Virus record (IMG/VR): IMGVR_UViG_3300024496_000011
Source: a virus
Length of the DNA stretch: 64,000 nt
Direction: 5' to 3' (one strand)
Part shown: positions 18,833-29,200 of the stretch, in pieces
Layout: each line of letters starts with the position of its first letter
Numbering within the stretch: the stretch's first letter is position 1
Notes under the pieces: generated by a model
Databases searched by the model: none
The model's input: the letters and a program-made list of their open reading frames with translations, nothing else
Told to the model about the DNA's origin: nothing
Translations under genes and position numbers: made by a program

Positions 18833-20041
18833 TTATGAGATGAAGAAGGTAGGATCGGTGCCTGATGTGACTGCTGCTGTATGACAAGGTTCAGATCCAC
18901 CGCTATAAGATCCCAAAGAAGTAGAAACTTGTTTCCAGTTGGTTCCTCCTGCAAATGTAGTGACTGGAGTGGATCTATCGGTTGTATTATTGGTTCCTAG
19001 TTGTGCTGAATAATTACGACCCCAAGTCCATAAGGTTCCATCAGTTTTGATTGCTGCTGTATGCTTGTATCCACCAGAAACTTGTTTCCAATTGGTTCCT
19101 CCTGCAAATGTTGTGACTGGAATACTTCTTCGAGTTGTTGTATTGTCTCCTATTTGTCCAGAATTATTATTACCCCAAGTCCATAAGGTTCCATCGGTTT
19201 TGATTGCTGCAGTATGATTATATCCACCGGAAACTTGTTTCCAGTTGGTTCCTCCTGCAAATGTTGTGACTGGAGTTAGTCTATCGGTTGTATCATTATT
19301 TCCTAAAGAACCAAAAAAACCAGAACCCCAAGTCCATAGGGTTCCATCGGTTTTGATTGCTGCTGTATGATTACTTCCGCCAGCAACTTGTTTCCAGTTG
19401 GTTCCTCCTGCGAATGTAGTAACCGGAGTATTTCTTTGAGTTGTTGTATTGTTTCCTAGTTGTCCAGAATTATTAACACCCCAAGTCCATAAGGTTCCAT
19501 CTGTTTTGATTGCTGCTGTATGTTCTCTTCCACCAGCAACTTGTTTCCAGTTGGTTCCTCCTGCGAATGTAGTAACTGGAGTGATTCTTTGAGTTGTTGT
19601 ATTGTCTCCTAGTTGTCCATAAGCATTACGACCCCAAGTCCATAGAGTTCCATCTGTTTTGATTGCTGTTGTACAGTATACACTACCAGAAACTTGTTTC
19701 CAGTTGGTTCCTCCTGCAAATGTTGTGACCGGAGTATTCTTTTGGGTTGTATCATTATCACCTAAAGCACCAAAAGAATTAGCACCCCAAGTCCATAGAG
19801 TTCCATCAGTCTTAATTGCTGCTGTATGATACTGAAGAGCAGAAACTTGTTTCCAGTTTGCGCCACCGGCAAGTGTTGTGACTGGAGTGGATCTATTGGT
19901 TGTTGTATTGTCTCCTAGTCGTCCAGTAGCGTTATGACCCCAAGTCCATAAGGTATCACCAACCCACTGGTCAATTAACCAACTTTCAGTTATAAAATAA
20001 TTTTCTAAATCTCCTTCTGGAGATAAAAACTGATTAGGCAT
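18833..20041 (-). CDS. RCC1-repeat seven-bladed beta-propeller protein (paralog 1)
   Basis: Seven repeats; start overlaps the stop of the 1010-aa fibre gene. Confidence 0.9.
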   Translation of the reverse strand: MPNQFLSPEGDLENYFITESWLIDQWVGDTLWTWGHNATGRLGDNTTTNRSTPVTTLAGGANWKQVSALQYHTAAIKTDGTLWTWGANSFGALGDNDTTQKNTPVTTFAGGTNWKQVSGSVYCTTAIKTDGTLWTWGRNAYGQLGDNTTTQRITPVTTFAGGTNWKQVAGGREHTAAIKTDGTLWTWGVNNSGQLGNNTTTQRNTPVTTFAGGTNWKQVAGGSNHTAAIKTDGTLWTWGSGFFGSLGNNDTTDRLTPVTTFAGGTNWKQVSGGYNHTAAIKTDGTLWTWGNNNSGQIGDNTTTRRSIPVTTFAGGTNWKQVSGGYKHTAAIKTDGTLWTWGRNYSAQLGTNNTTDRSTPVTTFAGGTNWKQVSTSLGSYSGGSEPCHTAAVTSGTDPTFFIS

Positions 20042-23000
20042 TTAACTTTCTCTCCAATTCTTCAATACGAATTTGTTGTTCTTTAATTGCTTCAATTAAT
20101 ACACCAACAATATTTCCATAAGAGACTGATTTCAAACCATTACTATTTGTTTCAACTACTTCTGGAAGTACTTTTTCGATATCTTGTGCGATCACACCAA
20201 TTGAAGGTTTATTATTATTTATCCAATCGTAACGCACACCTTCAAGTTGTTTCACAAGTTCAACTGAATTATCTATGGATCTTATATTGGTCTTTTGAGT
20301 TTTATCAGATAATGATGTAAATTGAGTTGCTGAAAGGTTTCCTGTTGCTGGGTTGAACTGTAGTTTTGATGAAGATACATTAACACCAGACAAAGTTCCA
20401 GAAGTTGCATTTTGGAAAAGTGGATATAAAGTAGAATTAGATGAGGTATCATCAGTAATTGAACCAGCACTCCCTGTAGTTCCCTGTGTTCCTGTGGTTC
20501 CTTGAGTACCTTGAGTACCTTGAGTACCTGTTCCAGTTGTACCTTGAGTACCTTGAGTACCTGTTCCAGTTGTACCTTGAGTACCTTGAGTACCTGTTCC
20601 AGTTGTACCTTGAGTACCTTGAGTACCTGTTCCAGTTGTACCTTGAGTACCTTGAGTACCTGTTCCAGTTGTACCTTGAGTACCTTGAGTACCTTGAGAT
20701 CCACCGCCGCCGCCGCCATCGCCAGATGGTCCTTGAATACCTTGAGAACCTGTAGTACCTTGAGTACCTGTTCCTTCAATACCTTGAATACCTTGAGTAC
20801 CTGTTCCTTCAATACCTTGAATACCTTGAGTACCTGTTCCTTCAATACCTTGAATACCTTGAGTACCTGTTCCTGTGGTTCCTTGAGTTCCTTGAAGACC
20901 TAAAATTCCTTGGGTTCCTTGAGTTCCTTGAGTTCCTTGAGTTCCTTGAGTTCCTTGAGTTCCTTGAACACCTTGGATTCCTTGAGTTCCTTGAACACCT
21001 TGGATTCCTTGAGTTCCTTGAACACCTTGAATACCTTGAATACCTTGAATACCTGCCGCGAACGGAGTAGTCCAACTTACACCAGCGCCTGTAGAAACTA
21101 AAACTGATCCTGCAGCACCTACTTGATTATAAAAATCTTTAAGTCCAGAATCAAACTCAATTGTATTGGTGAAGGTAGAAACGCCAGAAACATTTAATTG
21201 ACCGGTTCTAACACTACCAAAGGATCCAATACCAATATAATCAAGGTTTGAACCATTGATTGTCGTAATAATACCAGTGTTTACATATCCAGTATTAATT
21301 ACCGCAGTATTAATAGTACCAACACCAGTTACATTTAGATTTGTAGTGTTGATTACATTATCAGTAAACTGTATACTACCGGCAGCAAATGTTACTCCAT
21401 TTGGAACTTGTGTACTTCCAACACCAACAGCATAATTAAATAAGAATGCATCAGTGGTTCCAGCACCCATTGTATTGCGCTTTAACCACATAATTTGTTT
21501 ATAAGTATCCGGTAAGGTATTAATACCAGATGCTGACATTGAGATTAGTGGATAACCTTCTGTTGATGCAATCGCAATACCACCGTGATTTGCAGTATCA
21601 TCACTTGGTGTTATTGTCGTAGTAAATCCAAGAACAATATCTTTATCTTCTACTCTTACTTGTGCCGCATTAATAATTGTTGATGTGCCACCAATTGATA
21701 AGTTTCCATCAATTGTTAAATTGCCATGAAAAGTTGAGTCTGCTGCATAGACATCAAATTCAGTATTAACTGCTAAAGAACCCGTTGTAGTAACACCAGA
21801 TACAATTACATTAGTTGCATTAAAATTAACAATAGTACCAATACCAGAATAATTTAATGTAGTACCACTTAGAGTTGTTATAATACCAGTATTAATTCTA
21901 CCAATATCAGCATTTACGCTACCAAAGGAACCAATACCACTATACTCTAAGTTTGATCCACTTAGAGTTGTTATAATACCAGTATTAATTCTACCAATAT
22001 CAGCATTTACGCTACCAAAGGAACCAATACCACTATACTCTAAGTTTGATCCACTTAGAGTTGTTATAATACCAGTGTTTACTTGTGCAAGATCACTTGC
22101 TACAGTATTAATAGTACCAATACCAGAGGTAATTAGATTAGTTACGATACCAGTGTTTACTTGTGCAAGATCACTTGATACAGTATTAATAGTACCAATA
22201 CCACTATACTCTAAGTTTGATCCACTTAGAGTTGTTATAATACCATCATCAGATTGAAATATAACGACTGTTCCAAATCCAATATAAGCATCAGTTGTAG
22301 TAACTAAACCAGTAACTGAAACTGAGTTAGCAAATAGTGCTCCAGAAACTGTCACTGATCCATCAGAACCATTTATAGTTACATGATCATTAACAAATTG
22401 AGATCCAAAAATAAAGTTAGAAGTTCCATCAACAACATCAAATCTTAGATCTCCATTTGATGTAAAGATATTTGCAGTTCCACCGGTACCAGGAGTTCCT
22501 AAAGAATTATCATAATAAATTCCAAGATGATCTTGACCAGATCCATCTACATTGTGTCCAACAGTTAATACTGCTAATGTTGGATCAACAACTGCTAGCG
22601 ATGATGTAGTAGTAAATCCAGCATAAAGATCATTCGCAGTTAAAATTCCAACTGTTGCTACGCCAACAACTTCTATGTTATTAAAAGTTGCTTGATCTAG
22701 ATTTATATCATCTGCATATAAATCACCAGTAATTTCTACATCACCTTGAACATATAATGCAGTTTGTCCTGTTGATACTGGTGAGCGAATATCAACAATA
22801 TACGCTGGAGATGTGGTATTAAAACCAGTAAGTCCAGAATTTAATGAAGTAATTACTGTACCACCAAGTCCGATATTAAGTTCACTGACTATAGTGCTTA
22901 CGCCAAGAACACTGATGTGTGTGGCTGCAATTCCACCTATGACTTCCAAAGTATTCTTTGGATTTGATGTTCCCAAACCAACATTATTGGTTATTGCATC

Positions 23001-23066
23001 AACAACGAATATATTACCGTCTACTTCTAATCCATTACGGATAATAAAGTTCTTTTGAATACCCAT
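20034..23066 (-). CDS. Long tail fibre with collagen-like segment and C-terminal peptidase S74-type intramolecular chaperone
   Basis: GTQ/GIQ repeats at ~20465-21055; C-term [12 protein letters not shown]...L.GVRYDW...[16 protein letters not shown]...[17 protein letters not shown] is the S74 chaperone signature. Confidence 0.9.
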   Translation of the reverse strand: MGIQKNFIIRNGLEVDGNIFVVDAITNNVGLGTSNPKNTLEVIGGIAATHISVLGVSTIVSELNIGLGGTVITSLNSGLTGFNTTSPAYIVDIRSPVSTGQTALYVQGDVEITGDLYADDINLDQATFNNIEVVGVATVGILTANDLYAGFTTTSSLAVVDPTLAVLTVGHNVDGSGQDHLGIYYDNSLGTPGTGGTANIFTSNGDLRFDVVDGTSNFIFGSQFVNDHVTINGSDGSVTVSGALFANSVSVTGLVTTTDAYIGFGTVVIFQSDDGIITTLSGSNLEYSGIGTINTVSSDLAQVNTGIVTNLITSGIGTINTVASDLAQVNTGIITTLSGSNLEYSGIGSFGSVNADIGRINTGIITTLSGSNLEYSGIGSFGSVNADIGRINTGIITTLSGTTLNYSGIGTIVNFNATNVIVSGVTTTGSLAVNTEFDVYAADSTFHGNLTIDGNLSIGGTSTIINAAQVRVEDKDIVLGFTTTITPSDDTANHGGIAIASTEGYPLISMSASGINTLPDTYKQIMWLKRNTMGAGTTDAFLFNYAVGVGSTQVPNGVTFAAGSIQFTDNVINTTNLNVTGVGTINTAVINTGYVNTGIITTINGSNLDYIGIGSFGSVRTGQLNVSGVSTFTNTIEFDSGLKDFYNQVGAAGSVLVSTGAGVSWTTPFAAGIQGIQGIQGVQGTQGIQGVQGTQGIQGVQGTQGTQGTQGTQGTQGTQGILGLQGTQGTTGTGTQGIQGIEGTGTQGIQGIEGTGTQGIQGIEGTGTQGTTGSQGIQGPSGDGGGGGGSQGTQGTQGTTGTGTQGTQGTTGTGTQGTQGTTGTGTQGTQGTTGTGTQGTQGTTGTGTQGTQGTQGTTGTQGTTGSAGSITDDTSSNSTLYPLFQNATSGTLSGVNVSSSKLQFNPATGNLSATQFTSLSDKTQKTNIRSIDNSVELVKQLEGVRYDWINNNKPSIGVIAQDIEKVLPEVVETNSNGLKSVSYGNIVGVLIEAIKEQQIRIEELERKLNA
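20465..21055 (-). repeat. Coding collagen-like repeats (9-, 27- and 33-bp units)
   Basis: Runs of gtaccttga/gttccttga; 33-bp unit ccttgagtaccttgagtacctgttccagttgta repeated about five times. Confidence 0.9.
21865..22076 (-). repeat. Perfect 93-bp (31-aa) tandem repeat in the fibre gene
   Basis: ccacttagagttgttataataccagt starts at 21865, 21958 and 22051; encodes [31 protein letters not shown]. Confidence 0.9.
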
Positions 23067-23103
23067 TGGAGGAGAGCGCCTACCTTTTTTTTATTTAGGT
23101 ATA

Positions 23104-26100
23104 TTAAACTCTAGTTCCACACTCATCAATTGCACCAGTACTAGAGTAAAAAGCACCAGAACCTGCAATTGCAGATTGAATTTCAGTTACAGTATTATAA
23201 CTGTAATTTACATATACTTCAATCCAATAATTCATTTCTTGAGAAGTGGGAGGTCTATTGAAAGAATTTTTATACTGTTGAGCAATTCTGCTTATTAGAT
23301 CGCTCCAACTAGCTCCTTTAATAGATTGTGTCCATGAAATAGAGATCCAACCTCCTATTCCATTAGATCCGTTAGTATTTTTTCCTCCACCATTTCCACC
23401 AGAACGATAAAGTGCTCCTGCATTAGTTACCGATCCATCACTTCCATTATTAACTCCACCATTACCAGTATTATTAACATTTGTTCCATTATATGTTTGC
23501 CATGAACTGGGAGTTCCACCACCACCAGTACCTCCCAAACTTCTTCCTCCACCATAACCACCTCTTCCTCTTAGAAGATCACTCCAAGTACCATCAGAAT
23601 TTTGAGTTTGAATCGCTGAACCCTGACCAGTCATCCCAAAACTTCCCGTTCCCCCTGAAAGATTTGGAGTCCTTCCAGCATCACCACCAGGAGCACCAGC
23701 ACCACCAGGACCATAGATAATTTTATATATTCTTCCGGGAGAAGTGAAAATAGTACCAAATGCTCTACCTCCTCCTCCACCACCACCACCTAAGCGGGGA
23801 TCTCCACCACCACCACCACCACCACCACCACCATTACACTCACAATTAATTGAATAAACATTATTAGGAACAGTAAAATAGGTCTCAGTTTTTGATGGAA
23901 CACTATTTCCATCATAAGTCTGAGCTCCAGTAGTATTCAAAGATCTTCTCGATTCACTGGCCAACCCATAACCAGAGGCACCAGTATAATAATAAGCATA
24001 ACCCTGTCCAGCATCAGATAAAGTATAATTTATTGCTACACCAGCTGCAACATTTTCTACATTTGTTGTTTTTGTGCAAGATGCAACATTCACTGTAACA
24101 CTCTTAGTTGCAGAATCTGCGCATCCACTATTTGAAACTGCTCTTATTGTATAAGTTGTTGTAGATTTTAAATTATTCAAAGTAATTGATCCCGATGTAG
24201 CACTTACTCCAAAGTTAGAAACCACACTACTTGCGTTGGATGATGACCAACTTAAGGTTACACTTCCGTTATACGCAATGCTTGTCGAACTAGCATTTAA
24301 CTGAACATCAGCAGTACTATTAACCAAAACTGTTATAGAAGAAGTTGCTGTAGTATTATCAGTGCTTCTAGCAGTAATTGAAAAAGTTGTAGTTTGTTTT
24401 AAAGGTCCAACAGAAAGTGATCCTGATGTAGTTACTCCGGTGAATCCATTCGTTGTTATGCTTGCGGCTTTAGTAGTGAACCAAGTTAGTGTGCTACTTT
24501 CATTACAAGAAATTGTAGAAGGATTTGCGGTAATAGTAGCAGTAGGATCATTAGTAGATCTAGAAGATATTGACCAATTAGAAGATGTTGTAATTGGAGA
24601 TGGTATATTATTATTAGCAGTTAGAGTTACAGTTGTTGTTCTTGTTGTCGAGAAATCTGGAGCTGTCATGAAAACAGTACATGCAACTCCAGGAAGAACT
24701 GTTAAATTATTTCCAATAGTACCATTTACATTTAAATATGAACTTGTATTTGAAGTATTAACAACAACTCCACAATCACTATCATAGCTTACTGGAGTAA
24801 AAGTTACAGATTTTAATGAAGCGGGATCTGCATCTGAAACATTAGTAAATGTTGGAGCAACTAATGTACAATTTCTAACAGCACTTTGAACGATCCAGGT
24901 ATCATTAATTGTTTGAGATACGATATTATTAATATCAGTATTATCAGTACCGGAAACATTAAATCTAGTTAAAACTGAACCATTTGAAGCTGGAGAAGTA
25001 GTAATTTTTAAATTAATTACATCACCATTGCGAATTTGAGCAGGATCTGCACTAAAATCCCTTACAACAACACCTCCTCTAGTGATTCTAAATTGTCCAC
25101 CATCATTATTATTTGTTAAGAATGCACTTGCAAAATCATTAGCATGAGTTGTAATTCCAGAAATAGTAATAGGATCACTAATAGTAGATATATTTCTTCC
25201 TTGTCCAGATTTATCCACAAACTGAAACTGATTTGGAATAGTGTCACTTATAATCGGTCTTGTAGTAAGTCTAAAAGTACTAGTAACACCCACAGGAGTA
25301 TTTGCGCCAGTAATTGTTAGAATTGCAGATGTATTTGTACTATAACTAGGAGAAGAATTTAATCGCAAAGTTAAAACATCACCATTATAAACAGTTGTTG
25401 GATTTGCATTAAAATCTCTAACGATAGACGATGCTCTTACAACTTTCAAAAATCCACCAGAAACTGTCGCAGTCAATGGCACAGGAGCTGTAAAAGTATT
25501 AGTATCTGCACCAGATAATACTATTGGAACACTATCAAAAGAAGATGAGAGACCAACATTTACATAATTTGGAAAAGAAAATTGATCGACAGTTGTATCA
25601 GATGCTCTAGTTGAAACAGAAAATGATGCGGTATAAGTTCCTACAGTAAATGTGGTGTTATTAACTTCCGAATAATTTGTAGGTCCTGAAAGAGTTATTG
25701 CAATAGTGTCACCATTTCCAACTGTTGCAGCAACACCTGTCGGACCTCCATTTTTACTGAAAGATCCAATACCAGAAGTAATCGATGCATTTGTAGGAAC
25801 AGAAGTTTCTATTCCAGTAATTGTAATCGTATTACTAGTTCTTACAACACCCAATTCCTGATTAGAAAAACTAGTAAATGTAAATGGATCCGGAGTTAAA
25901 TCTTTATTTCTTGTAGTAACTACCCAATCTTTGTTTAGTTTACCAACTTTAACTCTAGAAAAATATGATTTAGAAAAATCTGCATCAGTTCCTTTGGTAG
26001 TTGGAATCCTAATAGAAATCGTTTGATTATTTCTAACATAAACAGGTCCACTTGTAAATATTCCACTACTAACCGCAATCGATGATCCAGCACTAACAGA

Positions 26101-26271
26101 CACTAATATTTTATTGTTAATTCCACTGATAGTCACTGGTCCAGTAGTATATGCTATACCCGGTTCGGCATTACTCACATTAGTGAAAGAAAAATCATTA
26201 GGCAAATCATCAAGATTTCCTCTATAAGAGTATTCTGAAGAATCTCCAATTGCACCTAGAAGTGGACTCAT
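23104..26271 (-). CDS. Virion structural / fibre protein with tandem Ig-like modules and a Gly-rich domain (1055 aa)
   Basis: Repeated PD.F.F....N...S..ITISGI modules; L.A....I..G.S.TL.W PKD/Ig-like repeats; GGGGGGGG domain near the C-terminus. Confidence 0.7.
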   Translation of the reverse strand: MSPLLGAIGDSSEYSYRGNLDDLPNDFSFTNVSNAEPGIAYTTGPVTISGINNKILVSVSAGSSIAVSSGIFTSGPVYVRNNQTISIRIPTTKGTDADFSKSYFSRVKVGKLNKDWVVTTRNKDLTPDPFTFTSFSNQELGVVRTSNTITITGIETSVPTNASITSGIGSFSKNGGPTGVAATVGNGDTIAITLSGPTNYSEVNNTTFTVGTYTASFSVSTRASDTTVDQFSFPNYVNVGLSSSFDSVPIVLSGADTNTFTAPVPLTATVSGGFLKVVRASSIVRDFNANPTTVYNGDVLTLRLNSSPSYSTNTSAILTITGANTPVGVTSTFRLTTRPIISDTIPNQFQFVDKSGQGRNISTISDPITISGITTHANDFASAFLTNNNDGGQFRITRGGVVVRDFSADPAQIRNGDVINLKITTSPASNGSVLTRFNVSGTDNTDINNIVSQTINDTWIVQSAVRNCTLVAPTFTNVSDADPASLKSVTFTPVSYDSDCGVVVNTSNTSSYLNVNGTIGNNLTVLPGVACTVFMTAPDFSTTRTTTVTLTANNNIPSPITTSSNWSISSRSTNDPTATITANPSTISCNESSTLTWFTTKAASITTNGFTGVTTSGSLSVGPLKQTTTFSITARSTDNTTATSSITVLVNSTADVQLNASSTSIAYNGSVTLSWSSSNASSVVSNFGVSATSGSITLNNLKSTTTYTIRAVSNSGCADSATKSVTVNVASCTKTTNVENVAAGVAINYTLSDAGQGYAYYYTGASGYGLASESRRSLNTTGAQTYDGNSVPSKTETYFTVPNNVYSINCECNGGGGGGGGGGDPRLGGGGGGGGRAFGTIFTSPGRIYKIIYGPGGAGAPGGDAGRTPNLSGGTGSFGMTGQGSAIQTQNSDGTWSDLLRGRGGYGGGRSLGGTGGGGTPSSWQTYNGTNVNNTGNGGVNNGSDGSVTNAGALYRSGGNGGGKNTNGSNGIGGWISISWTQSIKGASWSDLISRIAQQYKNSFNRPPTSQEMNYWIEVYVNYSYNTVTEIQSAIAGSGAFYSSTGAIDECGTRV

Positions 26272-26283
26272 TTACTGCTCTCC

Positions 26284-29200
26284 TCAGCTATATTGTGATT
26301 GAGAATATAAAACTGTATAAGTATTGTTCGCGGTCTTAATAATTACATAAGTATAAACATCAATTCCATTTGCATTACCTGAAGTAATTATATTTCCACC
26401 ATAATATTTTGGTGCTTGGTTAATACCATCAATTTGAACTGTAGCATTATAATATGGAGTAGCACCCTGAGTTGTTATAATAGCAACAGTAGTTGATTCA
26501 CCTACCGAAAGGAAACTATTCAAAGTTTGAGTCGAATTGCCACGGAAATTAATAGTCCAATTACCTTGAGCTTCTGAAGTAAAATAGTAAACATTATTAT
26601 CACCCAAATCAATATTCTGAACTGTTGTTGTAGTCAAAATACCAGAGGTAATTGTCGCAGTTTCAATGATTTCAAAAACTCTTAAAGTTCCATTGATTGA
26701 AGTGCTTCCTTCAACATAAAGTCCAAATCCAGATTTTGCACTTGTTGTTCCAATACCAATTGGAGTTGATGTATGAACTCCGACTGCATCCGTTCTCCAA
26801 ATATCGGAAACATTATAGAGACCAGAACCATCACCACTAAATGAACCAATGAAAGAATTTGAATTGATTTGATTAACCGTAAGATTTATACTTGTAGTAG
26901 AAGTGCTGACAGGGCCAAATCTTCTCCAGTTATTATCGGAGGTATAAACCCATCCCAGAGTTCCACCACTTTCAGGAGTTGCTTGGAAAACAACATCTCC
27001 AGGGTTTCCTGCATTAGATGGAGTTGCAATTCCTACAGTATATTTTCTAGAAATAGTTGCATCACCTTGAATAAAGACCGAACTTGCCTCTAAACCTTTA
27101 GGTGAGGTAGAGGTTAGTTTGTTTGTGAAAACAACTGGTCCATCAAATTTAGAAATAATTTTATTATCAGCACCACCTTCAACACGAATTGCATTACTAA
27201 AGTTACCCTCAACTGGAGTGATTACATTAAGAGATGGTTGATTAGAAATATCTTCCCCAGTTATTGTTTGAATTGGAGTATCAAAGATTTCTTCCTGTCC
27301 AGTGATTGTACTTAACTTCTTATTACCAGAGTATGAAATACCCTTGTCATTCATTCCAGTGAAGAAGTTGATGCCACCTTCAGACTTAAATGATTGTGAA
27401 ATCAATTCTTCCTGTGGCGAAATCTGACGATCCTGACGATCTGGGAATGCAGTTGAATAGTTACCAGGACCATAACCAACATATTCAAAAGTATGTCCAG
27501 AAGCACGAATGATAGAGTGTCTTCTGAATTCAATTGGAGTTGGTTTAATTCTTCTGACCACAGATCCCGCAGTGTGAGATCCACTTAAAGTTCCAAGAAC
27601 ACCTCTGTATACTGAAACAGTATCACTAGTAACAGTCGATTTAATTCTTACGATTTCATCATTAATTTCAAGATAATCACCAATGTTTAAATCCAATCCA
27701 GTTACTGGAATTGTAATTGTACCTACAGTAGGTCCTGTAATAGAGGCAGAAAGGGTCGTTGTTACTCTATCATACTTAGTAACTAAACGGCCACCAAGAT
27801 TTTCATCGTTTGGAGTAACTGTACCAGCATTTGATGCGATACCACGACGATAAAGATAAATTGATCCAGATCCAACTGGAGATGTGGTTCCGACGCCAAT
27901 ATTAATTGCAAATGAAGTTAAACTATTAATCTGCTTAACTGTAAAAGATCCATTATAAAGAGAATTGTCAGCTCCACCTAAAGATATTACATTATTAACC
28001 AATAATCCATGATTATTTGAGGTTGTTACAATTCCAATTCCAGTAGAAGCATTATATGTTAATGAAGAAACTCCTATGGCTTTACCAGTAATAGAAGCAG
28101 ATGAATTTCCGAGGATTAATTGATTTAATCCAGATTCAGCAGTAGGAGATATTGGAGAAATAGGAGTAACTTCTACTTGTTTAGAATTTCCTTGTACAAC
28201 ACCAGAAACTCTATAAAGAGAATTATAAGACTTATAACCAACAGAGGTTATTCCACTGATTTTAATAATTTCATCAACACTGTTATAAATTGAAGTTACA
28301 CTTACAATACCAGCAGTGTGACCAGAAATAGTAGGAACTCCGGATACCGCAAGTGTATTTCCAACTCCAAATGCACTACCACCATCTATTATCTTAATAT
28401 CAGTAATAGTACCACTATCAACTTTAATTCTAGCAGTAGCATTTTTACCAGTACCAGACTCTCCTATCAATGTTGCATTATAAAAATATTCCGTGCCTAT
28501 ACCAGTACCATAACCAGAACCACCAGAAATAATACTTAAATTGGTTGCTCTATTCAATCCATGATCAACTGAAGTAAAGATAGTATGAGATGTACCCACA
28601 GAATCAGAAATAATATTTGTAATACCAACGCCAATATTAAAATCCTTTATTACCTTTTGTATTGTTTCTTTTGTAATACTGTTTTGAGGATCATCAATAA
28701 CTACTTGACCTATTGGATCAGGTAAAGCATACGAAACAGAAGGATCTGGATCAGAAGATGGGTTGTCCCTATTAAGTTGAGGATATAAATTAGTTACTGG
28801 TTGAAGTAATTTAAGATCAGTAAATGGCGTTACACTTGGGGAGTTAGAAGAATTAATAAGAGTTAAATGATATACACCATCTTGATCATTTTTAATATAC
28901 TTTTTAATTTCTTGAGTTCTATAAATCAAATAAGTATCTTTATATTTTTTTCTTTGGAAATATGGTAATGAAGTATTGCGAATTGATGTATTATTAGTAA
29001 ATGTACCTGGATTATCTCCTAAGGCATATCTAAAATGTTTAGAGCTGCTAATACCTGTTACAGTAAATGTACCATTAAAAGCAGAATTTGCAGCTCCTGC
29101 TAAGTTACCTGTACTAGTAACATTTAAAATTTTAACTTGAGATCCTACAGAAAGATCGTGAGGAAGTTCTGTGATGACATCAGCAAAATTTTCTTGCCAA

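Noticed and set aside
10282-20041. Diversity-generating retroelement acting on the RCC1 genes
   Set aside because: No reverse transcriptase and no non-coding template repeat in the window; differences between blades include indels and are not limited to adenines. An RT elsewhere in the genome cannot be excluded.
10282-20041. CRISPR-like array (constant repeats with variable spacers)
   Set aside because: The repeats are in-frame coding units of ~159 bp inside intact ORFs, non-palindromic, with no cas genes.
20282-21101. Several overlapping low-complexity ORFs (VLKVLK, LEYLEY, STLSTL, SRNSRN)
   Set aside because: Alternative-frame or antisense readings of the GTQ repeats in the fibre gene.
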